Assembly (NCBI GenBank): GCA_963817915.1
Contig: CAWFQL010000012.1
Location: forward strand, 1-64,000
Source: an uncultured candidate division Zixibacteria bacterium
Lineage (GTDB): Bacteria > Zixibacteria > MSB-5A5 > UBA10806
Direction of reading: 5' to 3'
Length of the DNA: 64,000 bases
This document shows positions 9,053 to 20,185 of the stretch, piece after piece. The translations under genes were made by a program, and so were the position numbers. Position 1 is the stretch's first letter; every line of letters begins with the position of its first letter. The notes under the pieces were generated by a model that worked only from the letters and a program-made list of their open reading frames with translations, was not told where the DNA came from and searched no databases.

Positions 9053-11330
9053 CTACTTCAGCAGCACCATCTTGATATTGCTGGTCTTATCGGCGGCGAT
9101 TAGCTTGGCGAAATAGACGCCGGAAGGCATGTCGTCTGGCATTCCAAACGACATTATATTCGCCGGCGTTCTGATTGCCTTCGAATAAAGTGGCCACCTT
9201 CTGTCCCAGTAAATTGAATACCGATAAACTCACATCCGACGATCGCGAGAGCGAGTATTTGATAGTTGTAGTTGGATTGAAGGGGTTGGGGTAATTTGAC
9301 AATATTTGGGTAGATATGGGAAGAATAGCATTATCATCAATATTTGTCTGATTTCTATCGACCGACCAGACCGAATGCTCAGATGTAGCCAGATAGACTC
9401 TGTTGGTATCTGTCGGCGCAAAAGCGATATCAGCCCAGCCATAATGAGTATTTAAGCCTTCGTTATAATCTTCCCAGTTGTCGCCGCCGTCGTATGATAC
9501 AAAAACACCATAAAGATATGAATTGATAAACAGATTGTTATTATTTTGAGGATTAATCGCCAACCCGGATGTGCTATTATAATTGGCATAAAACGGTAGA
9601 TTATTTGTGATATTTTGCCAAGAGTTACCCATATCTGTAGACTTGAAAATGCCTTCCGCATCGCAACTGACATAGACGACATCGGAATCGATCGGATCGG
9701 CCATAATTTCGTACACTCTATTCGTCGTCGATGGCCCATCGAGATACTGCCATGTCTGACCGGCATCTGTCGAACGATGCATCGAGGTATACCATTCACC
9801 TACATAAACGATATTTGAAGATACCTCGCTTACTTCGATGGCGGAATAATACAAGCTTGGCGGGAGGTCATTCCAGAAATAATTCCAATTTTCTCCCAAA
9901 TCGTCCGAGTAATAGACTCCTCTTGATGTCAAGTATAAACGATACGAGCCATCCGGATTATAGGCTATATCGAAATTAGCTATAAACGGCAAATCGGATA
10001 ATCCCTGCCCGAAATACTGCCAATTCGCGCCATTGTCGGTTGAACGATACATATACGGCTGATGAACTTGCCAGTATGAGTCATAGGAAAAAAATATCAG
10101 GTTTGGGTCTCTCCTGGAGAAAGCCATATCAAATGTATGCGCGTCTTCATATGGAGTATCAAATTCCAATTTTTGCCAATTAGCGGCGCCATCGCGTGAC
10201 CTATAGATGCCATTCATAGTAGTTACAAAAAGATCATTCTTATCCTGGGGATTGATTGCTATTGAAATACAATTCGATTCCTTGATGTTCTGGCTTATCT
10301 TCTCCCAGTTCTCGCCTCCGTCAAGCGAGCGATATATGCCATCGTAGAATGTGCCGAGATACATTATGTTATTTTGTGTATCGAAAATTACCGATTCTAC
10401 CTTGCGGCCACCAAAACCATGATTGATTTCACGCCAACTCAAGCCGCCATCTGTGCTTTTGAGAAGACCGTTTGAATCCGTTGCGGCCAATATTGTTTGA
10501 TGGTCATTAGGAGAAATAGTTATGCTATATACCTGGCTATATTGCAGGTTTGGCGGTGAGATGTCGAACCAATGATTGCCGCCGTCGGTTGTTTTTTCGA
10601 TACACAGGGTATCGCGACGATAATATACGAATCCGCAGACATATAAGATATTATTATCTACTGAATCCACGGCCATATCGAGTAGTACCAGACTTGAATC
10701 CAAATCATTATGTATGTAATGCCAATTCTCTCCTAAATCCTCACTTTTCAAAACCGAAAGCCCATGCGATCCGGATTGAGAGGCGGCATAAACAATATTG
10801 GGCTGGCGCTTGTCGATCTTAATTGCGACCAATGCTATGTATTCCATATCTAAAGTAGACCAAGTCGCACCGCCATCAGCTGATTTGTAGCCTCGCCCAT
10901 CAAGGCCATGATTAGCAGCAAATATAATGCTGTGGTTTACCGGATGAATTTCCAAATCATTGATTTCCGAATATGGATTTCCCGGAGGGATCATTAAATG
11001 CCAGGTCGTTCCGCCGTCATTGCTCCTATACATTCCCCGATTCGTTGAAGCATAGACAGTATCGGGCGCGTCGGGGTGATAGATTATATCGCGAAGACTA
11101 GTATTTAAGGTATCATCGATTATTCTATTCCAGTCATCGCCGCCGTTTGTAGTTTTATAGATTCCATTTTCAATCGTGCCTATCAATATCTGCTGGGAAT
11201 TTGATGGATTGATTGCCATTGCGACCACCCTTGCCCCATATGGCCCATTGGAGACCCAACTCGGGTTGTCAGCATAGAGCAATATTGGAGAACATATAAT
11301 TGCTATTATTGCGAAAATTACAAATTTCAT
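9053..11330 (-). CDS. BNR/Asp-box (VPS10/YCF48-like) beta-propeller secreted protein with CTD (one +1 frameshift at 9137)
   Basis: Signal peptide MKFVIFAII.. with AGGAG RBS; about 12 S/T-x-D-G-G-x-x-W repeats; SNYPNPFNP; removing base 9137 gives ...GVYFAKLIAADKTSNIKMVLLK*. Confidence 0.8.
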
Positions 11331-11719
11331 TTTGCTCCTGTATCGCATCATTATTTTTTTAGTCCTGTTATCCGTATCGTTCATACAGATTGCGTTGTCT
11401 CCGGTTCAAATGAGACGATTACACAAGGATGCGTTACAAGCGCTGTCTTAATATTTTCTTAGTCAAAGACAATTTAATATCAATAAAATCAATGTCAATA
11501 AAAAAATGATGTAAATTGAAAATATTTTATATCACAAATTTTAATATTGGATTCGAAAATTTCATCCCCGGACGATAGCCGATAATGTAGCGCAAGACTC
11601 TAAGTGCAATTTGAGCGGGATGGCCCGGCCTGCAAGAATTAATTTTTCTAATTTACTTTGAGGAACATCATTAATTAACTTAGGGTTTGCGATGGTGGAA
11701 GTGAATACTTGAAGACGCT

Positions 11720-12580
11720 ATGATGAAGACGATTAAAAACTACATTCTGCTGACCAAGCCCGCGATAATGCTTTTAGTGCTTGTCACGGGAGCCGCGTCG
11801 CTATTTGTCGAACGATCTTTGCTCGCATTGCCGGGATATTTTATCCTGGTAATGCTTGGCCTTTTGCTTACCGGAGGCTCGGCGAATGCGTTCAACATGT
11901 ATTTCGAACGGGATATCGATGCTCTCATGGAACGGACCCGAGTTAAGCGACCGTTACCGGCCGGTAATATCAAGCCGATTAGAGCATTGATTTTTGCCGT
12001 TATCCTCGGTGTAGCCGCAATAGCATTATTTGCTCTTTTCTTCAATAGCCTAAGCGCGTTGATGTCATTGGGGACTATTGTCTATTATTCATTTTTCTAT
12101 ACGTTATATCTGAAACCGCGAACTCCCTACAATGTCGTTATCGGCAGCGCGGCCGGATCGATGGCTCCTTTAATCGCCTGGGCAGCCGCTCGCGGCGAGA
12201 TCGGGCTTGCCCCTGTTATTCTATCGGCGATAATATTTTTTTGGTCTCCGGCGCATTTTTGGTCGCTGGCATTATTTTTGAAAAAAGACTACGAGCTCAC
12301 CGGCCAGCCTATGATGCCATTGGTCAAAGGGGAAAGCGTGACTCGTCTGCAGATATTGCTCTATTCGTTCTGGACCGTCGCGGTAAGTATTGCATTTTTA
12401 TTTGCCGGAGGCAGGCTTTTCTATCTGATAGTCTCGATATCTCTGGGCATCTATTTTATTATACGATCAGTACTGCTTGTCAATAATAGCTCCGAATTCG
12501 GCGCGAGAAATTTCTTTCGATTTTCTATAATATATCTCTTCTCGCTTTATTCAAGCGTTATCGTCGATAGCCTCATTTAG
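11720..12580 (+). CDS. cyoE: Heme O synthase (protoheme IX farnesyltransferase)
   Basis: LTKP, ANAFNMYFERDIDALMERTRVKRPLPAG, YTLYLKPRT, FWSPAHFWSLA..DY motifs; multi-TM. Confidence 0.92.
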   Translation: MMKTIKNYILLTKPAIMLLVLVTGAASLFVERSLLALPGYFILVMLGLLLTGGSANAFNMYFERDIDALMERTRVKRPLPAGNIKPIRALIFAVILGVAAIALFALFFNSLSALMSLGTIVYYSFFYTLYLKPRTPYNVVIGSAAGSMAPLIAWAAARGEIGLAPVILSAIIFFWSPAHFWSLALFLKKDYELTGQPMMPLVKGESVTRLQILLYSFWTVAVSIAFLFAGGRLFYLIVSISLGIYFIIRSVLLVNNSSEFGARNFFRFSIIYLFSLYSSVIVDSLI

Positions 12581-12794
12581 TTGAATCAAAGTCCAAAATT
12601 GTCAAAATCCCATAAGTCCAGATGGCTCAAGAATATTGCATGGTAATAATCCATATTATGCACGATTTTTCATATCTTGAAAAAACCAGATTTAGCTTGC
12701 TTTGCTCCGAGAAAAGTTTATCTTTAAGTCGTTGAATATATGGGTGTTAAAAATATCAAATCAGTCGGGAAGTTGGAGTTCTATTTTAATCAGG

Positions 12795-12811
12795 CAGGCA
12801 TAGAATTTGCC
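12795..12811 (+). promoter_or_regulatory. Possible sigma-54 (-24/-12) promoter
   Basis: aGGCATAGAATTTGCc has GG-N10-GC spacing, about 25 nt upstream of ATG 12835 and its GAGG RBS. Confidence 0.3.
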
Positions 12812-12834
12812 CTGTTTAGTACCGAGGTGGTTTT

Positions 12835-14088
12835 ATGTTAAGAAAAAGATTAGCGTCTTCAGTGTTATTTTCAGCATTAATGTTTCTATTCGTGTTCAAT
12901 TCCGCATCCGCTCGGTGGAGATTGATAGAAATCGGTTCTACTACGACTCCGGGCAATCCGCATGATGTAGCGGTTTATGGCAATTACGCGTTTGTCGGAG
13001 ATTGGGATTATGGAATGTCAGTAATCAATATTACTGATGCTATCAATCCTCAAAGAATATCATTCTATAATACGCTGGGGCTCGCCAATTCCATTTTTAT
13101 TAGCAATAACATTGCCTATGTCGCCGATTGGACTCGTGGAATCACGCTATTAAATATATATATCCCGGCGTCACCAACCTTTGTTTCGGGCTGGGATTCT
13201 CCCGGTACCGCATATAATGTTTTCGTATTAAACAATTATGCGTATATCGCAGATTTTAATCGCGGCATGGGCGTTGTCAATGTTACCGATACGCATATTC
13301 CGCGTTTTGTACGGTCATACAATATGAGCGGTTTCGCGACCGGAGTCTGGGGCGATGGCAATTATATATATATCGCCGGATCGACCCAGGGTTTGGTAAC
13401 ATTTGATGTGACTCGCCCTGATTCCGCAGTAATGGTCGATGTTTACAATTCAGATGGAGACGCGTTCAATGTCACCGGCGGAAATGGTTATCTCTATTTG
13501 TCCGACGGGCTCAGGGGATTGAAAATATTCAGTCTCTCTAATCCGGCTCATCCGGCGTATGTATCTACAATACCGGCACCCGGCTATGTAAACGACGCGG
13601 CTGTTTCCGATACATTCGTATTTATCGCTGACGATTCGGCGGGCGTAATCGCGGCTTCGATTGCTAATCCGGCGTCTCCTCATATAATCGATACTTATCA
13701 TAGCACGGGGATCGCGAAAGGTATTTGCGCCTCATATCCATTCATATATTTAGGCGACAATACATCATTTAAGATATTGCAATTGGAAGATGTAACCGGA
13801 ATTGATGACAATATAATCACTCCATCTGCATTTGAATTGAAGGGAGTTTATCCTAACCCATTCAATCCGCAAACCAAAATCGAATTTTCTCTGGCCCGGG
13901 CTGGGAATATTAGAATAGACATATATGATATCGCCGGGAGATTAGTATCTCATCTCGCGGATCGCCAGTTTGAAGCGGGCCATAATTCAATCAATTGGGA
14001 CGGCTCCAGCCTGCCATCGGGAATATATTTTGTCCGCCTGACAAATGGAATCGAATCAAGATCGATAAAAGCGACTCTCCTGAAATAA
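12835..14088 (+). CDS. LVIVD-repeat beta-propeller secreted protein with CTD
   Basis: Signal peptide; repeated 'V.v.gnyAYvAD...Gl.vi.i..p..P' units; YPNPFNP...SGIYFVRL..KATLLK. Confidence 0.85.
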   Translation: MLRKRLASSVLFSALMFLFVFNSASARWRLIEIGSTTTPGNPHDVAVYGNYAFVGDWDYGMSVINITDAINPQRISFYNTLGLANSIFISNNIAYVADWTRGITLLNIYIPASPTFVSGWDSPGTAYNVFVLNNYAYIADFNRGMGVVNVTDTHIPRFVRSYNMSGFATGVWGDGNYIYIAGSTQGLVTFDVTRPDSAVMVDVYNSDGDAFNVTGGNGYLYLSDGLRGLKIFSLSNPAHPAYVSTIPAPGYVNDAAVSDTFVFIADDSAGVIAASIANPASPHIIDTYHSTGIAKGICASYPFIYLGDNTSFKILQLEDVTGIDDNIITPSAFELKGVYPNPFNPQTKIEFSLARAGNIRIDIYDIAGRLVSHLADRQFEAGHNSINWDGSSLPSGIYFVRLTNGIESRSIKATLLK

Positions 14089-14411
14089 GAATCTCACAAA
14101 AAGCAATATATACCAATTCGACTATATAAGTGATTGTCGTTCATGTGGATTGTCGGGTTTTCCGTTTTGATTGCTGGTTTCCCCCCCTTCAACTATTTCC
14201 ACCAAATAAGCCGACTGTATTCATCAGGCAATTTTTTCCAAATTTAGCGATAATTTTTCCTCAAAGCGGATAGGCCGCCGTCTTTTTCGATTTCGCGAAA
14301 TACCGTAAGACTATAGATAATAAGATGTTGTGGCTATTTTGATGCACGACAAATCTCTGGCATACGCTTTGATTTATATGAACGCGGAATATGAAAAGGA
14401 GTGAGCTAAAA

Positions 14412-16775
14412 ATGCAGGTAATCAAAACCATAAAATATTCATTACTGATCACTATAATTATTTCAGGAGTCTGTCTGGCTCAGATAACCGACGATCAAAA
14501 GAAGATTATCGATGAATTGATGCAGAAAAAAGGTGAAAAATCGGCTGTTGCCCGTAAGGATGCATCAATCAAATATACCAGCCCTTCGATTTATTCGCTT
14601 CAGGATTCCGGTTTTTATAAAACTACAGAAGGCAGTGTCCCGCCAAAAAGCCTGTTAAATTCAGCGCAAACCGTTGATTCGACAAATCTTATAATGCCCA
14701 TTGAGACCGATAGCCTGAAAAAATACGGTTATGACATGTTCAATGGTTCCCCCGAAAGCTATTCGCCGAATTTGGAGGCTACTCCGCCCGCCGATTATCG
14801 ACTCGGCCCAGGCGATAATATTCTGGTCAATATATGGGGTCGAGTAGATATGGAACTCGATCTCACGGTCGATCGCGATGGAAAAGTATTTATTCCCAAG
14901 GCCGGCGATATAGTGGCCAGCGGCCTTAGTATGGATCAATTTCAAAATCGTCTTAAGGGCGCCCTATCAGCTGTTTATTCGGATTATTCATTATCTGTTA
15001 CACTTGGTAAAATTCGCCAGATAAGGATATTCGTCTATGGCGAGGTTAATCGTCCCGGCGGATATACGTTATCATCCTTATCCACTCTATTTAACGCGCT
15101 TTATCTCGCGGGCGGGCCGTCCGCGCGAGGCAGCATGAGGACGATAAAACATATCAGAAATAATAATATTTTGGCAAGCGTGGACTTATATCAATTCCTG
15201 ATGAAGGGTGATAATAAGCAGGATATCAGGCTCGAATCCGGAGATGTGGTTTTCGTGCCGATAGTCGGGCCGCTAGTGAAAATCGCCGGTCAGGTCAATC
15301 GTCCCGCGATATACGAAATCATGGGCGGAGAGACTGTCGATGATCTTATCGCGCTCGGAGGCGGCTCAACCGCGGACGCGTTGCTGAAAAAAATAAGCAT
15401 TGAAAGAATCGGGAAAGATGATAACAGACTGATTCAAAATATCGACCTTACAATTTCACAACCCAGGTCTGATTCCCTGACAATTCTTCACGACGGCGAT
15501 TATGTAACAGTGCCGTCGATCTGCGACTTGAAAAAGAATACAGTATCAATTACCGGCAATGTAAAGCATCCCGGAATATATGGTCTTCGTGATTCCATGC
15601 GCGTCATGGACATAATAGACGAGGGGAAACAGATCAAGAACGATTCATATCTCAAAAGAGCGAATCTATTTCGGACAATGGATGATCGCAGCCGACGTCT
15701 ATTGCCGATAAATCTCGAGGAAGTCTTTAATGGAGTAGATTCGACCAATTATTATTTGATGGATAACGACAGCCTGGTGATTTATTCGCAGAATGAAATC
15801 AGGCGAAAATCGATCGTTTCGATTTCCGGGGCAGTAAAGAATCCGGGAAAGTATGAGTATTTTGAAAACATGAAACTGTCCGACCTTATATTCCTATCAG
15901 GCAATCCTCTCAGACAAAGTTATTTGCTACAGGCGGAAATAGCCCGAATAAATCCCGGCAAACCCGCACATATATTATATGCCAATCTCGAAGCTGTATT
16001 AAATGAAAGCGACACCACTTCTGATATTTCGCTGAATGAAGATGATAATGTTTATATAAGGACAATCCCTGGCTGGAAACTTGAAGAAAAAGTGACGGTT
16101 GACGGGGAAGTGATGTTTCCCGGTCAATATACTATTTCCAAAGAAGATGAAAAACTTACGGATATCCTGGCACGGTGCGGCGGATTTACTGCGAACGCGT
16201 TTCCGCAGGGGCTGGTTTTTGTTCGCGGATCCATTCAATCCGATCTCGATAAACGCCGGGTTCGTTCGCTTCTCGCCTCGACCGAGCCGATTGTTCTCGA
16301 TAGCCTCGATCAACCAATACCTCAATCGAAAGTCGAAATCGATCTGACACGGGTTAATAGAATTGTCGTGGATATAAACGAGATTACAAAAAACCCGGAT
16401 TCTCCGGAGAATATCAAAATTCAGAGCGGAGATTATATATATATTCCCGGCGCGCCCTCCGGAATACATGTCATCGGAGCGGTCGCCTCTAATGGCACCA
16501 TAGCCTATAGAAACGGCAAAAAGGCCGATTATTTTGTTAAATCCGCCGGCGGTTTTTCTATAAATGCTGACAAGGGGCAGACGAGGCTGATCAAGGCCAA
16601 TGGTATAGTATTTTCCGGCAACAAGGCATTGCAGAGCAAGGTGGAGTCCGGCGATATGATAGTTGTACCTGAAAAGATTACTCGTGAAAAACAGTGGCTT
16701 AAATCCACTACAGCATTAGTTACGATAATAAGCTCTATCGTAACAACCGCGCTGATAGTCGATAGATTAAAATGA
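14412..16775 (+). CDS. Polysaccharide export protein, Wza/KpsD-like with multiple SLBB domains
   Basis: YRLGPGD..VDRDGKVFIP Poly_export motif; repeated GEV.RPG.Y SLBB units; C-terminal helix; AAGGAG RBS. Confidence 0.88.
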   Translation: MQVIKTIKYSLLITIIISGVCLAQITDDQKKIIDELMQKKGEKSAVARKDASIKYTSPSIYSLQDSGFYKTTEGSVPPKSLLNSAQTVDSTNLIMPIETDSLKKYGYDMFNGSPESYSPNLEATPPADYRLGPGDNILVNIWGRVDMELDLTVDRDGKVFIPKAGDIVASGLSMDQFQNRLKGALSAVYSDYSLSVTLGKIRQIRIFVYGEVNRPGGYTLSSLSTLFNALYLAGGPSARGSMRTIKHIRNNNILASVDLYQFLMKGDNKQDIRLESGDVVFVPIVGPLVKIAGQVNRPAIYEIMGGETVDDLIALGGGSTADALLKKISIERIGKDDNRLIQNIDLTISQPRSDSLTILHDGDYVTVPSICDLKKNTVSITGNVKHPGIYGLRDSMRVMDIIDEGKQIKNDSYLKRANLFRTMDDRSRRLLPINLEEVFNGVDSTNYYLMDNDSLVIYSQNEIRRKSIVSISGAVKNPGKYEYFENMKLSDLIFLSGNPLRQSYLLQAEIARINPGKPAHILYANLEAVLNESDTTSDISLNEDDNVYIRTIPGWKLEEKVTVDGEVMFPGQYTISKEDEKLTDILARCGGFTANAFPQGLVFVRGSIQSDLDKRRVRSLLASTEPIVLDSLDQPIPQSKVEIDLTRVNRIVVDINEITKNPDSPENIKIQSGDYIYIPGAPSGIHVIGAVASNGTIAYRNGKKADYFVKSAGGFSINADKGQTRLIKANGIVFSGNKALQSKVESGDMIVVPEKITREKQWLKSTTALVTIISSIVTTALIVDRLK

Positions 16776-16822
16776 GCTTACTTAAAAATGGAAAAAAGAA
16801 ATATCAATAAAATGAGGTTGTT

Positions 16823-18004
16823 ATGAACAAGAAAAACGTCAGAGTAGCCAATTCAATTTTGGATATCAGTCCAAAGATAAAACCATCGCGCGATTATCGC
16901 TCATTTGGGGATATCGGGAATAATCTTCGTCTCGACGCCAATGAATGTACACAATTGCCATCGCCAAAGGCCATCAAGGCAATTTTCTCGCTTCTTCAGA
17001 AGGGAGAGCTGAACCAATATCCTGAAGATGACGCCGAAGGGATGAGACACAAACTTGCCGCCTACACATCACTGCCAGCCGAATACATCGATTGCTTTGC
17101 GGGATCGGATGTGGCATTTGATTTTATTGCCAGAACGTACTTGGAACCTGGAACCGAAGCTTTAATAAATTCACCCGCAGATAATAATGTTGTAATTTCG
17201 GCTGAATCGACCGGCGCGGAGACGATAATCGCCACTCATAATGACCCCTTTGACCATAATATTGAGAATTTGATAAATCTCATCGGGCCAAGGACAAGGA
17301 TACTTCATATAGGCAACCCCAATAACTTTACCGGGACAATGTTTTCCGAGGCCGAAATAGTATTCCTGCTGGCATACGCGGAGAATACGATGATAGTAGT
17401 AGATGAAGGATATTGTGAATTCAACGGCCGCACAGTCGCCGATTTGGTAAAAAGATTCTCAAATCTAATTGTAATTCGCTCGCTGTCAAAGGCGTTTGGG
17501 CTGGCATCATTAAGGTCGAGCTATATTTTGAGCGACCCCGACAATATCGAATTCATAAACCGGATTAAGATAGGTCGTTCGCTAAGCTCAATCGCGCGGG
17601 CGGCGACGATTCATGCTCTTGATGATATCGACCATATGACGAAGTATGTCTCTGAAATCAATGAATCGAAACGATTACTGTCCCAGAATCTGCCGGAATT
17701 AGGTTATGATTTTCGAATGACACATGGAAATTTCTTTCTTTTGAAAGTAGCCGATCCGCCGAAAATGGTAAAACTTTTGGCCGAGGATGGCATTTTTGTC
17801 AAAGATTGTTCCGAAATAACTCAACTCGAAAATTATGTCCGAATCACCATAGGAATTAAGGAGCAGACTGATAGACTGCTAATCTCCTTGGGTAGAATTT
17901 CGGACAAGATGGCGACCGGGATGAACAGGATGCGTATGACCGATGTTGTCAACCGAGTGGCGCTTGGTATTAGAAAAAGTGTTACGGTAGAACAAAATTT
18001 ATAG
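16823..18004 (+). CDS. PLP-dependent aminotransferase class I/II (HisC/CobD-like)
   Basis: LDANE, NPNN.TG, VDEGY.EF, RSLSKAFGLA (PLP lysine), YVRITIG. Confidence 0.82.
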   Translation: MNKKNVRVANSILDISPKIKPSRDYRSFGDIGNNLRLDANECTQLPSPKAIKAIFSLLQKGELNQYPEDDAEGMRHKLAAYTSLPAEYIDCFAGSDVAFDFIARTYLEPGTEALINSPADNNVVISAESTGAETIIATHNDPFDHNIENLINLIGPRTRILHIGNPNNFTGTMFSEAEIVFLLAYAENTMIVVDEGYCEFNGRTVADLVKRFSNLIVIRSLSKAFGLASLRSSYILSDPDNIEFINRIKIGRSLSSIARAATIHALDDIDHMTKYVSEINESKRLLSQNLPELGYDFRMTHGNFFLLKVADPPKMVKLLAEDGIFVKDCSEITQLENYVRITIGIKEQTDRLLISLGRISDKMATGMNRMRMTDVVNRVALGIRKSVTVEQNL

Positions 18005-18007
18005 CGA

Positions 18008-20107
18008 ATGGATTCGAAAATGAATTTGAAGACATACCTTAAAGATATCAAGACACGGTCGTGGAATGTTACCCGCAAAGCCAATAAGCCGATAACCATA
18101 AAGCAATTGGATGAATTTTATCGCGAAAATTGGCGGGGTCCGACTCCGACCGCGAAATATCTTTGCTTAAATAGCAGACCGAAATTCTTTTTCAGGCCCA
18201 ATGACAGAGCCGAATATGCCGCAATTATTGACGAGCGATTTCCGGACTCGAAGCAGCCTATTGTCCAGAGGGCTAATGCTGTTTTGCAAAATAAATTCGA
18301 AATCTTGAATTGCGAATATAAATTCGAGAATGGCCATATCGAATGGTGCCAGGATTTAAGATCGGGAATCAAATGGCCCAATTTACCGTCGTCGACAATC
18401 AACATACATGACCAGGACGGATTGTCTGATATTTTAATTCCCTGGCATCTTTCCCGGCTCCAATTCCTCGCCGACCTTGGACGAGCCTATTGGCTGACAT
18501 CAGATATCAAATATGTCCAGAATTTCAAAGCCCTGATTTCAAATTGGGATTCCGCCAACCCTTATGGAACCGGCATTAATTGGATTAGCGGCAAGGAAAT
18601 CGCTATCAGGACAATCAATCTGATTTGGGGATTGTATTTAATCCTCGGGTCCGGAGAAATCGACAATGCTTTCATAAACAAGACAATCAGGCTTCTATAT
18701 TATCACGGATTACATATACAGAACCAGCTCGACTCTACGGCCAGTGAAAACGATTTTAATACCCGTAATGCATGTTATCTGGCATTATTATATTTAGGAA
18801 TCCTCTTGCCGGAATATGACCGTTCCGAAACCTGGCGAAATCTGGCATTCAATGGCCTCGAAAGCGAAATAAATTCGTCAATCAGCCCTGAAGGGATGAT
18901 CAGAGAATCATCGACCTCCAATCATCGTTTCGCTCTGGAAATCTATCTTTCAGGTTATCAGCTTGCATCGCGCAATAATATCAAATTTTCCGAATCATTC
19001 AAGAATCGGCTTTTTAAGGCAGCGCAATTTTCCGAGGCGGTTACTCCATCCTCTGGAAACGCCCCGTTGATCGGCGATAACAGCAACGATTTCATATTAA
19101 AATTATCAAATCACAATCCGGCAGACCATCGACCTTTAGTTGACATTGCATATTTTATATTCAAGCACGATAAACCGAAAAATATTCCTATAACCGAGGA
19201 CCGTTTGTGGTATCTGGGGCCGGAAAATCTAACCGAGAATTTCACGCAGGAGCCCCCTAAATCAATTTTGTATGCCGAAAGCGGGCTGGCAATTATCAGA
19301 GACAGCAAGTTTCATCTGGCATTCAAGGCGGGGGAGACGACCCAGCCGCGCAATCTGGAGTCGGGACATAACGATATATTATCGCTAACCCTCGAAATCG
19401 ATGGTACTCCGCTTATTATTGACGCCGGCACCCATTGCTATTCCTCAGATCCCAAAATAACCAATCGAATTCGCTCCGCCACTTATCATAATACGGCAAC
19501 TATCGATGACAATGAAATAGACCTGATGGGCAGGAATGTAGTATCCAATTTCAACGATAAAGCCTTGCCGCATATTGATCTCTGGGCGAACCTTAAAAAT
19601 CAGGCGGTCGTTTCGGCCTCATTTAGCGGATACGGAAGATATGATAACAAGATAAGGCACAAAAGGACACTGTTGGCGTCGATTGAGGATAACTCCGTTC
19701 TCATTTTAGATGAATTTACCGGGAACGATTCATCGAATCATAATTATAAATTAAGATTTCTTATGCCATTTGAGAGTGCGTTCAAGCAGAATGATACCAC
19801 AGTCCGAATCAATAGAAATAATGCCCAGTACTTTGTTTTGAAATCATTAAACGTTAGCCCCGGCGCCATTTCTATTAAGCCTTTGGACTATTTTCCATCA
19901 TATGGCCTAAAAAAGGCAGCCTCGATGATCGAATTTTCATACAGCGGAAAATTACCGGCGAAAATTACTACATTAATTTCCATGGAGCAAATCAGCGAGC
20001 CAAAGGTTGAGACGAAATCTGTATTCGTTAATCGAATCGAGAGGCCATTGAAGAATAATGTCTTTGAATATACGGAATTATCCGGAGGGCTTTTCAAGAA
20101 AGTGTAA
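18008..20107 (+). CDS. Heparinase II/III family protein (divergent)
   Basis: D....W.LSR.Q.L..LGRAYWLT, NP.G.GINW...E.A.R, GHND.LS..L..DG.P.IIDAGT..Y...RS..YHNT. Confidence 0.8.
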   Translation: MDSKMNLKTYLKDIKTRSWNVTRKANKPITIKQLDEFYRENWRGPTPTAKYLCLNSRPKFFFRPNDRAEYAAIIDERFPDSKQPIVQRANAVLQNKFEILNCEYKFENGHIEWCQDLRSGIKWPNLPSSTINIHDQDGLSDILIPWHLSRLQFLADLGRAYWLTSDIKYVQNFKALISNWDSANPYGTGINWISGKEIAIRTINLIWGLYLILGSGEIDNAFINKTIRLLYYHGLHIQNQLDSTASENDFNTRNACYLALLYLGILLPEYDRSETWRNLAFNGLESEINSSISPEGMIRESSTSNHRFALEIYLSGYQLASRNNIKFSESFKNRLFKAAQFSEAVTPSSGNAPLIGDNSNDFILKLSNHNPADHRPLVDIAYFIFKHDKPKNIPITEDRLWYLGPENLTENFTQEPPKSILYAESGLAIIRDSKFHLAFKAGETTQPRNLESGHNDILSLTLEIDGTPLIIDAGTHCYSSDPKITNRIRSATYHNTATIDDNEIDLMGRNVVSNFNDKALPHIDLWANLKNQAVVSASFSGYGRYDNKIRHKRTLLASIEDNSVLILDEFTGNDSSNHNYKLRFLMPFESAFKQNDTTVRINRNNAQYFVLKSLNVSPGAISIKPLDYFPSYGLKKAASMIEFSYSGKLPAKITTLISMEQISEPKVETKSVFVNRIERPLKNNVFEYTELSGGLFKKV

Positions 20108-20185
20108 AGTCGGAGACCAAGCGGATTATGAAACAGAATAAATATCGAATAAGAATAACAATAATATTTTGAGTCAGGAGAAAAT

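Noticed and set aside
6744..9485. Diversity-generating retroelement TR/VR pair
   Set aside because: Differences between the repeats are mostly synonymous and not adenine-specific; both copies are coding; no reverse transcriptase present.
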